NCBI GenBank assembly: GCA_964188305.1
Contig: OZ076886.1
Direction: 5' to 3' (one strand)
Origin: Podarcis bocagei
Taxonomy: Eukaryota
Length of the DNA: 64,000 bases
Shown: piece by piece, positions 39,893 through 52,200 of the stretch
Position numbering within the stretch: the stretch's first letter is position 1
How the letters are laid out: each line of letters starts with the position of its first letter
Program-made: the position numbers and the translations under genes
Notes under the pieces: model-generated
What the model was told of the DNA's origin: nothing
Database searches by the model: none
The model's input: the letters and a program-made list of their open reading frames with translations, nothing else

Positions 39893-39985
39893 TTCATAGA
39901 GAAACGAAGAGAATTGAAGCAGGATGGCAGATCGGAAAAAGAGCTAGAGGAAACATTTGCATTTCTAAAGGTTGACCGTGACATG
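39893..39985 (+). CDS. TASOR: TASOR exon 3 (FIEKRRELKQDGRSEKELEETFAFLKVDRDM)
   Basis: Canonical AG/GT, 93 nt. Confidence 0.95.
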
Positions 39986-40959
39986 GTAAGAATTTTTATT
40001 TCTTTTAAATAACTATTGAAGCATAATGATGCTGAAGGAGACAGAGTGTGCAACTGTCCTAATAATGCAAGGATGTCTGCTTGCTCAATGGAACTTCTCC
40101 TCTTTTCTCTCCCTGCACGTGCCCTGTCTCCTGGCAAGGATATGTTTTGGGGGTTTGGAGAATCCCCGGAACAGGATTGAGGCTGTGTGGGGTGGGAGGA
40201 AAAGAAGGGGAAATTCCATAGTCTGACAGGGAGACTTACTTGGATACAACCCATATTTTGTGGGGAAAACCTTCCAGCTGACGCTATTATGCTTCTGTTG
40301 AATTGTGAAATGCACATAATGGACTGCCTAGATTTAGGTTCTAGATTGATTACCCTTGAGAAGTCATGCTGCTGATTGTCTCCCAGCAATTGACTGCACA
40401 ACCAATTGAACAGTATGGTAGAAGGTTATTTTTGGTTTACTTCATAGTAGGAAAATGTGCTACTAGAAATAGTTGGCTAGTGTGCTGTGCAGAGTGAGTA
40501 TGCTAAACCTGAGTATTTGAAAGCTGTGCTTGGCTATGAATTAAATGATGATTATGCAGTGGAAATTACCATTTTAGAGAGGGTGGAATGTGTATAGTTC
40601 AGATTAATACATTAGAGCAAAAGATGATAGTATGATATTTGGTGGAATGATTGAATGATAAAGTCCTTCCAAGTAAAGTGGTGTGTATGCATTTCTGTGT
40701 GTGTGTTTACATATAGAGAGAGTGAAATTACTGTTATTGCTATTATTTATTACATTGGCATACCACCCTATACCTGCAGGTTTCTGGTCAGTTCACAAGA
40801 TAGAATCACAATATTAAAAAAAAAAGTAAAAACTGAAACAAAAATGACCCCATAATCTTTCCTTCTCCGACATATTTTAAAAGGCCATTGGATGTCAGTC
40901 AACCAAAGGCATGGTTAAAGAGGAACATTTTTGCCTGGCGCCTAAAGGTGTATAATGAT

Positions 40960-41460
40960 TGTAAATATCTCGATTGATTCATCAAAATGTTCACTTCCAT
41001 CTTATGACAATTTTGGTAGGACAAAAAATAGTGAGAGTGAAGTTTGTTAATAACATCATGAGTATTGATGGCACAGAAATGGATGAACAGTTCTCCACCT
41101 GTGGCAAGAGTGGCTGGAAGGTTGCAGAAATGATTAAACTCACAAAAAATTGTACAAGGAAGAGAAGGCTAACAAAATATAAGAGAGTTTCTGAAATAAT
41201 TGGGTCTAGTGATTTTATGAATTTTTTAAATGACATTGACAAATATAGAAATGTTCCACTGTGGAGAATAATATAATATTTTTCTAACAACACTAAAAAA
41301 TTTTAAAATGTATTTATTTAATATTCTTCTATGATGTGGAATTTATATTAAACTTTAGTGCTTTGATACTATAATTGTCAGGTAATTATGCAGGTAACAT
41401 TTTGGAAATATGTGTATGTTATAAATAGTGAGTGGAGGTATAAATATATAATTAAAGAGG
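40960..41460 (+). mobile_element. Decayed L1 ORF2 C-terminus/3' end in TASOR intron 3 (sense)
   Basis: ORF 40974 contains WKVAEMIKLT, resembling my recollection of a reptile L1 ORF2 C-terminal AEMAKLT motif; A-rich. Confidence 0.45.
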
Positions 41461-42068
41461 TATAGTTATATATAGTTTAAAGTTGTCTGCTTTTTCTTCT
41501 AAATATTTTAGTTATACAACAGGTTTTTGCTGTGGAAACTATATTGTTGGCTACTAATTAAATTGACCTGGATACCACTTTTAAAACTGTGTTGTTATTA
41601 ACAACCTCTGTTGTTTTAGTATGTTAAAGATCTGCCTGCTATCATCAGAGTCCAAAAATGTGGTTCCTAGAGTTTGAGTCTTACCGCTTTACTGACCTTT
41701 GAAATACAGCATGAGATCAGGAACAATCCTCTGCTCCCCTCTCCATGTCCAAGTTTGGATCTAGGGTGAGGGATTCTATGCAAGATGAAGACAGATCCCA
41801 CTCCTATCTTAGAGCAGGATGAGGGCTGTTTGTTATGCACTTCGCATTCAACAGGTTGTCAGCAAACCGTGAAAGCCTTTGCTCACAGAGCATTTGGAAT
41901 GTTTGTGAACATTATGTGCCATTGCACAAGCTTATCTAATCAGTGTCAGAAGCATCACCATCAAAATGCACAGTGTAAGATTAGCATTTAACTGAAGTTT
42001 GAACAATATTGTTGATATTTATTGCCATGTCCGTGTTCTAATATTGCTAAATAAATGCTTACTTTTAG

Positions 42069-42141
42069 GTGCAAAACATATGTGAAAATGGCTTGCAGGT
42101 GGGCCATTCCAAGATAACAGTTCTTGGCAACCCTTCCCTAG
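42069..42141 (+). CDS. TASOR: TASOR exon 4 (VQNICENGLQVGHSKITVLGNPSL)
   Basis: Canonical AG/GT, 73 nt, phase 0-1. Confidence 0.95.
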
Positions 42142-42633
42142 GTAAATAGCATTTTTCATTTTCATGGAATTTATGCCTTAAAGAATAGAAGAGAGATTCA
42201 GGTGAGTGTTGATTCATGGGTCAGGAGTCAACTAAGTTGTTTACAAGGAATGAGATCTACCTGTGCAACAAAGTCCCACATGCTCCTTGTACCCTCTAAA
42301 TCTGTTCTTGAGTATGAAGAGAATCCCTAGAACAGGGCGAAGGGGCGCATGAGGAGAAGAAGGGAAAGTTTTGATTCAAGCAGACCTCAATCTGTACACA
42401 CTTACCCTACTTAGCTCTATGTTGAATCCACCCATAATTTCTAACCAGTATGTGAAGTCCAGCTTCAACTATGCTGCACTCTGGCACACTGTTTTGGAGT
42501 GTCCTCCAGTCCTTCAGGAAGTACAGTGGACTGAAGGAATGGGCAAAAATAGTTTCCTGCTTTGATGAGTGGGGACAGCTCATATGTAGAGATTGGCACT
42601 TGGGAACTCTAGATCCAAGCCAGTATCTCAATA

Positions 42634-43600
42634 TAAGGGTCATTCCACATCAAATCAACGCAAAAAACAAAGAGTTTTGTCACCCACTATCTCAGATTTT
42701 GATGAAACTTGCTGTACACCCTTCCCTTCTGGTTGAAAGAAACCCCCTTAATTTTTCTCTCTCTATCTCAAACGGTTTTAATTTTATAGCACTTCAAAGT
42801 TTCATTAAATCTGTGTTGTCTGTCCCTCTTGAGACCCTCGGCACATGATGCCCTTGTGTACATTTTGTTTTTTTCCTCCATAACCAATGATCAGATTCCT
42901 TTGAAATTTTACACAGAACTCAATAAAATGATGAGGTTTTCAGAAAAAAATACACCAGCACTCAAAATATTTCATAAATGCCTAAATTTTTTTATAATTT
43001 TTTTGGGGTGGAAAAACTAGGTTTAGAAAACCTGAATTTACAGCGTGTGGTCATGATGTAAACAAATGTTTTTGATGTTGAAAATTATTGCAAAGACATG
43101 CTCTTTCTCGACAAAGAATGCAATTTATGTTTTTTTTATTCCTTGTAAAGAAAATTTTACGTTTTACTGGGCAGCCATTTTGTATAACTTTCCTACAATC
43201 CATAGCTGTAATAGAAAAAAATTAATGAAACAACCATTTTAAAATGTCTAACATTTTAAATATTTCTGAAATGAATAATTATTTTTTAAATTAATCCTAA
43301 TTTTATGTACTCATATTTGTATATAATACTCAATTTTTAATTTTTTGGTATATTTTTCTTGCTAGGAAATAATAATATCTTATTTCCTTACATGTCAGGA
43401 TTTAATGTTCTACTGACTGTAAATTCTTTTTTTTATTCCTGATAGCTAATTTTCATAACTTCAAATTCAAATATCCCAAAATTAAAACAAGTCTGCACCT
43501 TCGAAAAAACCTACAATAACCAATATTATTTTAATTTTTAAGATTTACAACTTTGTTTCATTAATTTTTTCTGTTACAGCTATGGATTGTAAAATCCTTA
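42634..43600. mobile_element. AT-rich putative non-autonomous DNA transposon with an internal inverted repeat
   Basis: ~40-bp IR at 43194-43233 / 43553-43591; short TAAGG...CCTTA termini; composition differs from flanks. Confidence 0.45.
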
Positions 43601-44101
43601 GATCTCGCCCTTGTCAATCACCCCTAGAGGTTGCCCCAATCTCTTTTAAAGAAGGGGGGCAGGTACTTCACAAGGCTACTTCCTCTCTCACCTGGCTGCT
43701 GTTCGTTATGCTAGAGCTGGTGTGGCCACCTTTTGGCAACATGACAACAACATTACATTTCTATGTATATAGGAAGATATAATTTTAAAACTCTTGTTGG
43801 GCTTCTAAAATATAAAGATTACTTTTTGGTTATCCTTGTGTTTGCTGTAACAATAGACCACACAGAATTCTCAATCTTTTTTAAGGTTATGTATCATCAG
43901 AGATGGTTAAATATTTGCACTTCTGTTTGATGTGCATTAGTTTTGTCCTTTCAGATAGAAATGGTTTCAGTAGTTTAATGGAAAGTTAAAATAAGATCTG
44001 GAAAATACATTTTATAGTAATAGGCATTCTCTTGTGCATCACTAGGAAACTCCATAAATGTTGAACCTTACCTTGACATTTGTTCTCTTCACACTCTCCA
44101 G

Positions 44102-44193
44102 GTGTATATCTTTCTAGGTATGCTGATTTATTGCAAGCTAATCCTCTGGAGGCTAGAGCAGTGGGTGATATTATTATTTTTAAAGTAATAAAA
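44102..44193 (+). CDS. TASOR: TASOR exon 5 (GVYLSRYADLLQANPLEARAVGDIIIFKVIK)
   Basis: Canonical AG/GT, 92 nt, phase 1-0. Confidence 0.96.
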
Positions 44194-44737
44194 GTAAGTT
44201 TAAGCTGTTTTCAATTCACTCACAGTTCATTAACGTTGTATGCCCTTTTCTTAAATCATTCCCAAGGATGTATTTTATAATTGTAATCATTTTATTTGTG
44301 CTTATGTTTGTATTTTCTATTCCTGTATCCTGCTCTGGGATCTTATGGTGTGGGCAAGTGAAAAAATCTTACGAAATAAATAAAATGTAATAATATGTTT
44401 CTTAATATAGCAATTTTCTGACATGAAGCACTTCAAATAGAGCATTTTTCTGTATCAATCAGAGCCACTCCTTATGTTGCAGTATATAAATTTTTAAAAT
44501 TTGCTAACAGTTGCAAAAGTCATTTTCAGAACTGAAAAGTTTGTCAGGTTTGTTGATGGAGTTAATGGCAATTGCAGATTTTTCAAAAGACTGCCAACAT
44601 TTAGAGTAGCTGGAGTGAGTGAACAATAAATATTTGGCTACTTTATATGTGAATTCATTGAATATAAAATGGTATGACTTCTTATGTTTGCTGTGTGCAT
44701 TATACTTTCCTGATGGGGATTTTTCTGACTCTTTTAG

Positions 44738-44896
44738 GGAAAAATGAAGGCAGTATACAGTAACCTAGCAGTGAAATCAATTGACTCAACTGTTAAAAGT
44801 GGATTAGACCCTACACCAAAGCATGAATGCCATGTTTTAAAGAATGCAGACAAAATCCGTTCCTTCCTACGTTACAGAGCATATGAGCTCACACAG
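44738..44896 (+). CDS. TASOR: TASOR exon 6 (GKMKAVY...LDPTPKHECHV...YRAYELTQ)
   Basis: Canonical AG/GT, 159 nt. Confidence 0.96.
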
Positions 44897-45255
44897 GTAA
44901 GAGAATGACAGTTATATGAACATAGCTGCATACAAATATTTATGGCTTGCTGCCAGGTTTGTAGTTCTGATGAAACAACTCCAGTGTAATCCTTTCCAGT
45001 ATGCAGGCTGTTACAGGTCGAATGCTGCCTAAAATTTTGAATTTGTTTTGTAGAGATTTGTCTTGAAAGTTGAGTTTTAATCACAACTATAATAATTTGT
45101 TCATGGTGCTAATAAGTTTCAGCATTACTAGCGTTATACTAGTTTAATTACAAAGTTCAAATGAAGAGTTTGAAATCTACTATAAAATAAATTCAGCAAG
45201 CATCTCTTAACATTAGTAATATGCAAACTTGAGTTTCTTTTGAATTTGTTTCCAG

Positions 45256-45383
45256 TATTATTTCTATGAATATTACTTTGATGAGATCAGACCAAGACCA
45301 AGACCAAGGCATGTGTGTCCATATGCTGTTGTATCATTTTCTCACAGTGATGAAAAGGTACTAAAGTATTTGCCACAAGCAAG
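45256..45383 (+). CDS. TASOR: TASOR exon 7 (YYFYEYYFDEIRPRPRPRHVCPYAVVSF...)
   Basis: Canonical AG/GT, 128 nt, phase 0-2. Confidence 0.95.
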
Positions 45384-48382
45384 GTAAGAAGGGTTTTCAC
45401 ACATTTCTTAAAAAGTAGTATCTAATGTGAAAGGCTTTAATGCTTAAAAGTGTAAACATTTTCGGGTTGTTACTACTTGCTGGTCTTGATACATGGTTGC
45501 ATCTTTTGATGAAGCATTGGAAATGGTAGTGTCTCACTCAAGCTGTACAAATGGTTTTTTTTTTAAGTGTAGTATTTTTATCCTGCTTGTCAGCTGTAAA
45601 GAGTTTGATAGTAAAATAGTCCTTGTTCTCAGGCTTACAACCTAAAATACATGACACAAAAGGAGAACGGATAAAAGGGAAGAGAAAAACAAGCCGAGTC
45701 AGGCACCAGTTCTAAAAGTTGCCTGTTAGTTCTTACAGTGACCAGCCTGAGTAGAAACAAGGCAGGGAGAGGAAAAATCAGAGCTGGTCTCTTGCAGATA
45801 CGATGGGATGTTAGCTTGTGATTGGTCTCGTCTATATTTTTTAGCACCCTTTCATCCATAATGTCTATTCTGTAGACACATATTTCATTTTTAACAGTTT
45901 GATCATCAGATTTCAATTTGTAAGTGAATTTGCTTTTTTTGGTAAATGGGCTTCAAATAATTGGCATTTCAGTAATCACTTGAGTATATTATATGTAACA
46001 TGAGGCTGCAGCAATCTTGTTCCTTTTGAGATTTCTAGTGTGGCACATGCGTGTGCCTAGGTTCAGATATTGGCCCTCGTGTCTAATCTGTTACATAAGA
46101 ATAGTACTTGCTTGCTTATTTCGTGTAACGTTTGTTACAGGTAAAATAAAGTTTCTAGACAATTTCACGTGTTAGTATGCCTCTTGGTCGTGCTTGGCTT
46201 TAAGTACTGGAATGCTGCTTCATAGTAAGGAATTCTGTATGACTCTGGAAACAGAATAGCCCCAGGGACTCCTTCACAATTGCTCTGCCACTAGCAAGTC
46301 CATGCATCTCATTCACTTCTGTGAGAAAGTATAAAGGGACTGCAGTTCATTATTGCTGAGATGACTTGGCTTAGATGCCGATGAACTTTGTGTCATGGAG
46401 GTGCAGATTTTGTCCCCACTTAACAGTGGTGAGAGCACAGCTTTTCCTGCAAAAATAATGGAAGCCATTTCTTTTTAAGGAAGAAAGTAAATAATAATGT
46501 GTGTTGGGTTAAGCAAAACAAACATCAAGATTCCAGCAAGTTAAAATACTCCTTGAAAAGTTATTTTCATAAAGTGTGGCAGACCAGAGAGTGGACAAAA
46601 AATAGAACATAAGCTTCTAGAAGACTAACCAGTCTAAAACTATTTGTGACTCCTTGGGAACTGCAGTCCTCACCATTCCCACTTTTACACTTTGGCCTCC
46701 GACATTTTGGCATGCAACCACCAAGAGGTTGGACATTGGTCAACGTGACCTTTGGTTTGAATTGGTTTATCCACTGTTGCTTCAAGTGAAGCAAAGCTGA
46801 GTGGCCATGTGCTGTACTTTGTCAGGTGGCTGACAGTCCCAATCTTGGTATCCTCTGGAAGGTTTTTTTGAGAACCTGGTGGGGTCTATTTGGCTTAGAA
46901 AACTGCAAGTTATGTGAGCTGCAGTACCCAAGTCTGTGATTCAAACTGTAAAGTATTTAGTGTGTTTTGCCAAAATCCCTACGAGAGAGATCACAATCTT
47001 ATAAATTACTGTTTAACGCTGGGCAGATTTGGCCAAGGCCCTCTATTTCAGCCTGAGTCCAGTGAATTCTACATATTCTTAATTGATGTTTTGCACAGTT
47101 TCCATATATTAGGGTTTGTTCTCTTTGCTGTAGTTCTGATAAATTGTTAGAAGGCTTCAATGTCAGAAGCAATTGGTGATATTAAGGAACTTTTAAAACT
47201 GCTTTGACTGGAGTAGCTACTTGCGATAGCAACCAGGTGACTGGCTATTTTAAAAACTGTGTTGTGATGAGAATGTAGCACTGTAGATGAGGTTACAAAT
47301 GGAATACGAGTTGAAGTGTGGCTTATGAATTGTGACAACTACTACATAAAAATAACTGGGCAGTAAATACTAGTAGGCTTATAATGACATAAATGTAGGG
47401 AAAATCTAGGGGTCTCCAGTTTTTGGAGGCCTTGCTAGCCAAACATAAGTTGCCAGGTTCTTCCTACCAACTTGATGGTACCGCCTCCACCCAAAAGCAA
47501 AGAAATCACCTTGTTTAAAAGGCAGAGAGCATTGCAACTTCATCTGATGCTCTGCAAAGTGACCCAGGTGAAGAAGTCCTCCCCATCTACTTTGTCTGCA
47601 AGAGGACAGTGGAAAGTGTGCTGGCTTCAGTCATTGTCAAGCAGCCGGGCTCAAAGTGATGCCATGAAGCAGCAGCCAGGAAGCCCGTACTGTCCCTTAT
47701 TGTCCTGAAGCAGGAAAGGGGGAGTTTGCTGGTTTGGCCCTGATCAAGATTTTCCATATGCCTTGGCCACATAGCAGCCAATTACTCCCCACTTTCCTCC
47801 CAACTTTGGACTTGTGGAGGGAATCATACCAGCAGTTGTACTTTGAAGCACCTCCACAGCTTAAAAGTTGGTAGGAAGGCTTGTTGCTTGCCACACTTGC
47901 CAGAGGACCTGGAAATACCTGAAGCATGTTTTCTGTTGGGAGCTTGGATCAATTTGTGGTGTAACTTTCTTTTAATCAATATCAGTCTACTAGGAACCAA
48001 TCTAATATTTTGAAACTGCTGGCGTATTGATGTGTTATCTTGTGCAGGCCAGTAGTATCAGGTAAAAGGTCTCACGGGATCCTTTCAGGCCATTTCTTCT
48101 CTATGGTGGCTTTGCAGTTCTGGGGAACTGAGACTTTTGTGTCCAAGCTGGGTAACATCGCACTGTCAAGAATCCTATATTCTGCAACAGATATGTAAAT
48201 GGTGTACATTTATGCCTTCTCCAAGATCACTTAGCTTTAAAAGCCAAAGAGAGAGAAAATGTAGATAAAGAAGTATTTGGTCCATGGCTGTTCTATGTTC
48301 AAGAACATAAAGGTGGAAACTACATGTGAGGGAAAGCACTACTTCTGCTTTTTGATTTTAACTTTGTGTATTTTGCTTGTAG

Positions 48383-48414
48383 AACAAAGATTTCTAATGT
48401 GGATAAAAGCACTG
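48383..48414 (+). CDS. TASOR: TASOR micro-exon 8 (R-TKISNVDKST-D)
   Basis: TTGCTTGTAG acceptor, G|GTAAGA donor; 32 nt, phase 2-1, restoring the frame between exons 7 and 9. Confidence 0.8.
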
Positions 48415-49245
48415 GTAAGAATTCAATTATTAAACAGAACTGTCTTGATTTATATAAGTCCCTAGATGTGCTAGAAGATGTGGTGCTTTGAGGCTAATTC
48501 AAAGCACATGGGTTGACCACAAGTAACAGCTTGAGCATCAAGGTTTCTGGCTTTATAGTAGTTTAGTGTGAACAAGCTATATAAGAGTATCAATTGCTGC
48601 CGCTTAGCTTCTCTCTTGGAATAAGTGGAATAAATAAGCCAGAAAGCCTTGTCTTCCCCTTAAGTCTGAACAAGGGATCCTGGTGAGTTTCTCCCTAACA
48701 AGCCACAGCAATGAAGTTGGACTTGTTCCTGTGTCTTGATAAGGAGCAGCATATCACAATACCTTGTTTGCATGTAATGGGGAATCAAAGCTTCCCGGTT
48801 TGTATCTTGCTTGCGCCAGGGGAGAAGTGAAGCAGCAGCAGTTGAGTAGTGGGCAGCAGACTATGTCTCACTAATGTTATGCATCACAATAAGCCAGAAA
48901 CCTGAGTTTGTGGTTATGTGCAAACATGGCTGTTACATGCCTAGCTTTGAAAAAAATGAAATTATTTGCTAAACAAATTAGAATAATTTATGCAGATTAA
49001 GTTATCTGCATGAATTTGCGTATTTGCATAACTCAGCTGTGTGTTTATATATGTAAATAATTTGTAAAATGTTCTTATTTGTGGTTTTTTCTAATGTTAT
49101 AAGGTTAGAAATTGTGAAACAAGAAAATGTTGAGTAGTAAACTGAAATAGAGTATTGTTAGGGTAATGGAAAACTAAAAATCAAAACAGTGTCTTCATGA
49201 AATGAACGACTGTCTTCCTTTTAGTATCAATAACTTCTACCTAAT

Positions 49246-52200
49246 TCAGCCTTGTATTTAACAACTTACCTGATAGTCATAGGTGACCAGGAATTCCATG
49301 GAGGCAAGTGAGCATGGTGATGGAGGACAGCTAGATTGTTCCATTTCTCTTCTGTTGACCAGTTGGATTTTTGTGTTAGCCACGGAGGAAAGTCTCTTCC
49401 TCAACAAATGCATGGTGAGCAGAGAAGGAAGTGTTCCATTCTGCCTCCACCAACCTGCTTGGTAGAAGTCTCTCTTTTTTTGGGGGGGGGTGCCTTTTTG
49501 AGGTGTGTAATTCTTATGCGGTGAATAGAATAACAATCTTCTTACCACATAGCATTTTCTACCTTTGCCTTGGTCACATGCCACAACACAAAACATAATT
49601 TATTGTGAATACACAGCATGCTAGTGCATACTGCTATTTGGAGAGAAACCAAAAGCCTGGGTTTGGGCGTTCAACACACCAGACACTTCCCTCTTTCCCA
49701 GTAGTAGTGTGGGGGGTGAGCAGAGTGAGAATTTGCATTCACATTGAACTATAGTTTTCTTTTTAGCAATGGTGATGTGCCAGCTGGGTTCTTGTGTTAA
49801 TGTAATTGGATGAGAATACTGAAGACATCTTGGTTCTCATTTGGTCCAGAGTGAATAATTATTGAACTACGAGGCATCACACATGACTCCATTAGATTGT
49901 AGCTGTATCCTTATACTAATAACTGCAGATAGTAGATCATATTGACTGTTCCACATGTGCTTTTATAGGTGATATCTTCAGCTATACCTTTATAGAGGTG
50001 TTCTGCAACATCATTACTATACATCTTGCTGAAATGGAATTGGGTCTGAGATTCCCAATTACTGCTTTAAATTAATTCCTTATAGACAAGAAGTGAGCTG
50101 GTATATCAGGCTGGTCTGCCCTTGAGGGTAGCTGTACTTTATATTTCTGTTATTTCATGAAGTCTGAAATGCTCAAAGTAGCTTGCCTCCTCCAGCTTTT
50201 GCCTACTAGTGGATTCTAATTTCTGGAGACTTGGAGTTCCTCCAAAAGGCCCCCTCCTTCTGTTCTTTTAAGACTCCATCCTTCGTAGTATGGCTGCCTA
50301 AGCAGCTTTTGGATCTTATACAGCCCAACCAAGAATAATCTCATGTGCTGCCAGTTCAGCTCCCAAATGCTGCACTTGTCCTATTGATCACCTTCTAGGA
50401 ATAATATTTTCCAGTCACTACTTATAGCTTAACCCTTAACCCTCAGTGGCACGTACCGCATTAGCTAATATGCTTTTAATTTAAAGTGTTGGTCACTTGC
50501 TGGAATTTTAACATGCATCACATTCTTTGTGGTATTATGAGAGCTTCCAGTTTAATGGCCTTTCCCTACCCCCCCCCAAAAAAAAAATCTTAGCAGATAT
50601 AGTAAATGATTACCTTACTCCTAAAGGAGTGGATCTTTGGAGTAGATTTTCTCTATTGAGTAAGTTCACTTAGTTTTTGCTGTTGCTTAAACAGGCAGTT
50701 CACAATAATGTGAAAATACAAATAAAAACAGTTAATACAACAATTGAATAAAACAGTTTAAAAACGGTAAGAAGTCTACTAATCTCAAAATGCCTGACAT
50801 AATAGTGTCTCCACCTGTCTGTGAATGAAAATAAGGAAAGAGCATATACATACATCCCACAACTCTTGGGCAATAGCCAGGCCCTGGTAGATGACAATCT
50901 TGTCTATCTAAAGGAAGGAAACTAGCAGGGCCTTTTGGGTAGATTTTAAGGCTCTGGGGAGCTTGAGTGGAAAGTAGTCCCTGAGATCCCTGGGACCTAG
51001 ATTTGTATAGGGCTTTAACTAAAAAAATCTGGGACCTAAAATTAAGCTTGGAAACAAAGTGTAAGCAATGCAGATGTGTCTAGACTTGGTGTAATGTGTT
51101 CTTGCCTGCATATACCTGTTAACAGTTGAGTAGTATTATCTACCAGCTACATTTCCAGTCTTCTTCATCAGTCCATAATAGCGATTGTAGCTGTAGCTTA
51201 CTTTGGAGCTCACCAAAAGCATTCATGCTTCTTGTAGTGACATAGCTAGACCAACTGACATTCTTAGAATTTCCTTCTAGCCCCAGCTTCAACCTGAGAA
51301 TCCAGGAGCAATGTTAATGGGTCTAGGAACACTCACAGCTTACAAATCTGCTCCTATGTGACCCTTTTCAAATATTATGTATGTGACCCTTTTCAAATAT
51401 TAGTGTTTCTCAGGCTAACTGATCCACTGAGTCCTTTACTTGCATTTATTGTGTTCTACCTGGATTGGGTTTAGTTTTTTTTTTCCATTCATCCAGTGTA
51501 CCTCTAATCTCAGTGGCTCCTTTAGGAAAGCATCCACCTCACTTGGATTTGATGAAAATGAGAAAACAGAGCCAAGTGTCAGTTTACATTTGGTCTGTAT
51601 TTTAGAGTTCCTTTGCTTTCAGGCAGTAATTGGGTGGTGTCAAAGGGCCCCTGTTAAGCACTTGACTACTGAGCCATCCATTCCAAGGGATTTGTTTCTT
51701 AATTGGCCTTGATATGGGAACTTAGAGTGTTTTCAGCATTCATTGTTTTCCAGGTTTTTTATCCTATGGGCAAAGTGATATATTCCGGGCTTTCTAGGAG
51801 TTGCAAGATGCTCAAAACATGAGTGCTCAAAGCAGCATTGCTAGCTAACTCATGAGAAACCATGGGTGGAATCCAACGAAGCACTAAATCTCTTGTTCTG
51901 TCAATACAAAGATGTACCGTGCAGTGGAATGTTCACCCTGCCTTCTGCCTTCTCCCTAAACCTGTTCTAGGGGTTGCCCCAACCATCTGAAGCAGATTTG
52001 GAGAGTGTGTGGGATGTGCACAGGGACACAAGCGGAAATCCTTGCACTGACAAGACACGATAGTTGAATACCACTCCATGTAGCTAGACACCTAAGCCTT
52101 GGCAGTGCATGCCATCAGGAGGAATCTAGGTGTCCATTTATAGTGTAGTGAGCTTACCTGAAATGTAGGTCTGTTTTCCGTTCAGTGTCCTAATTGTTTG

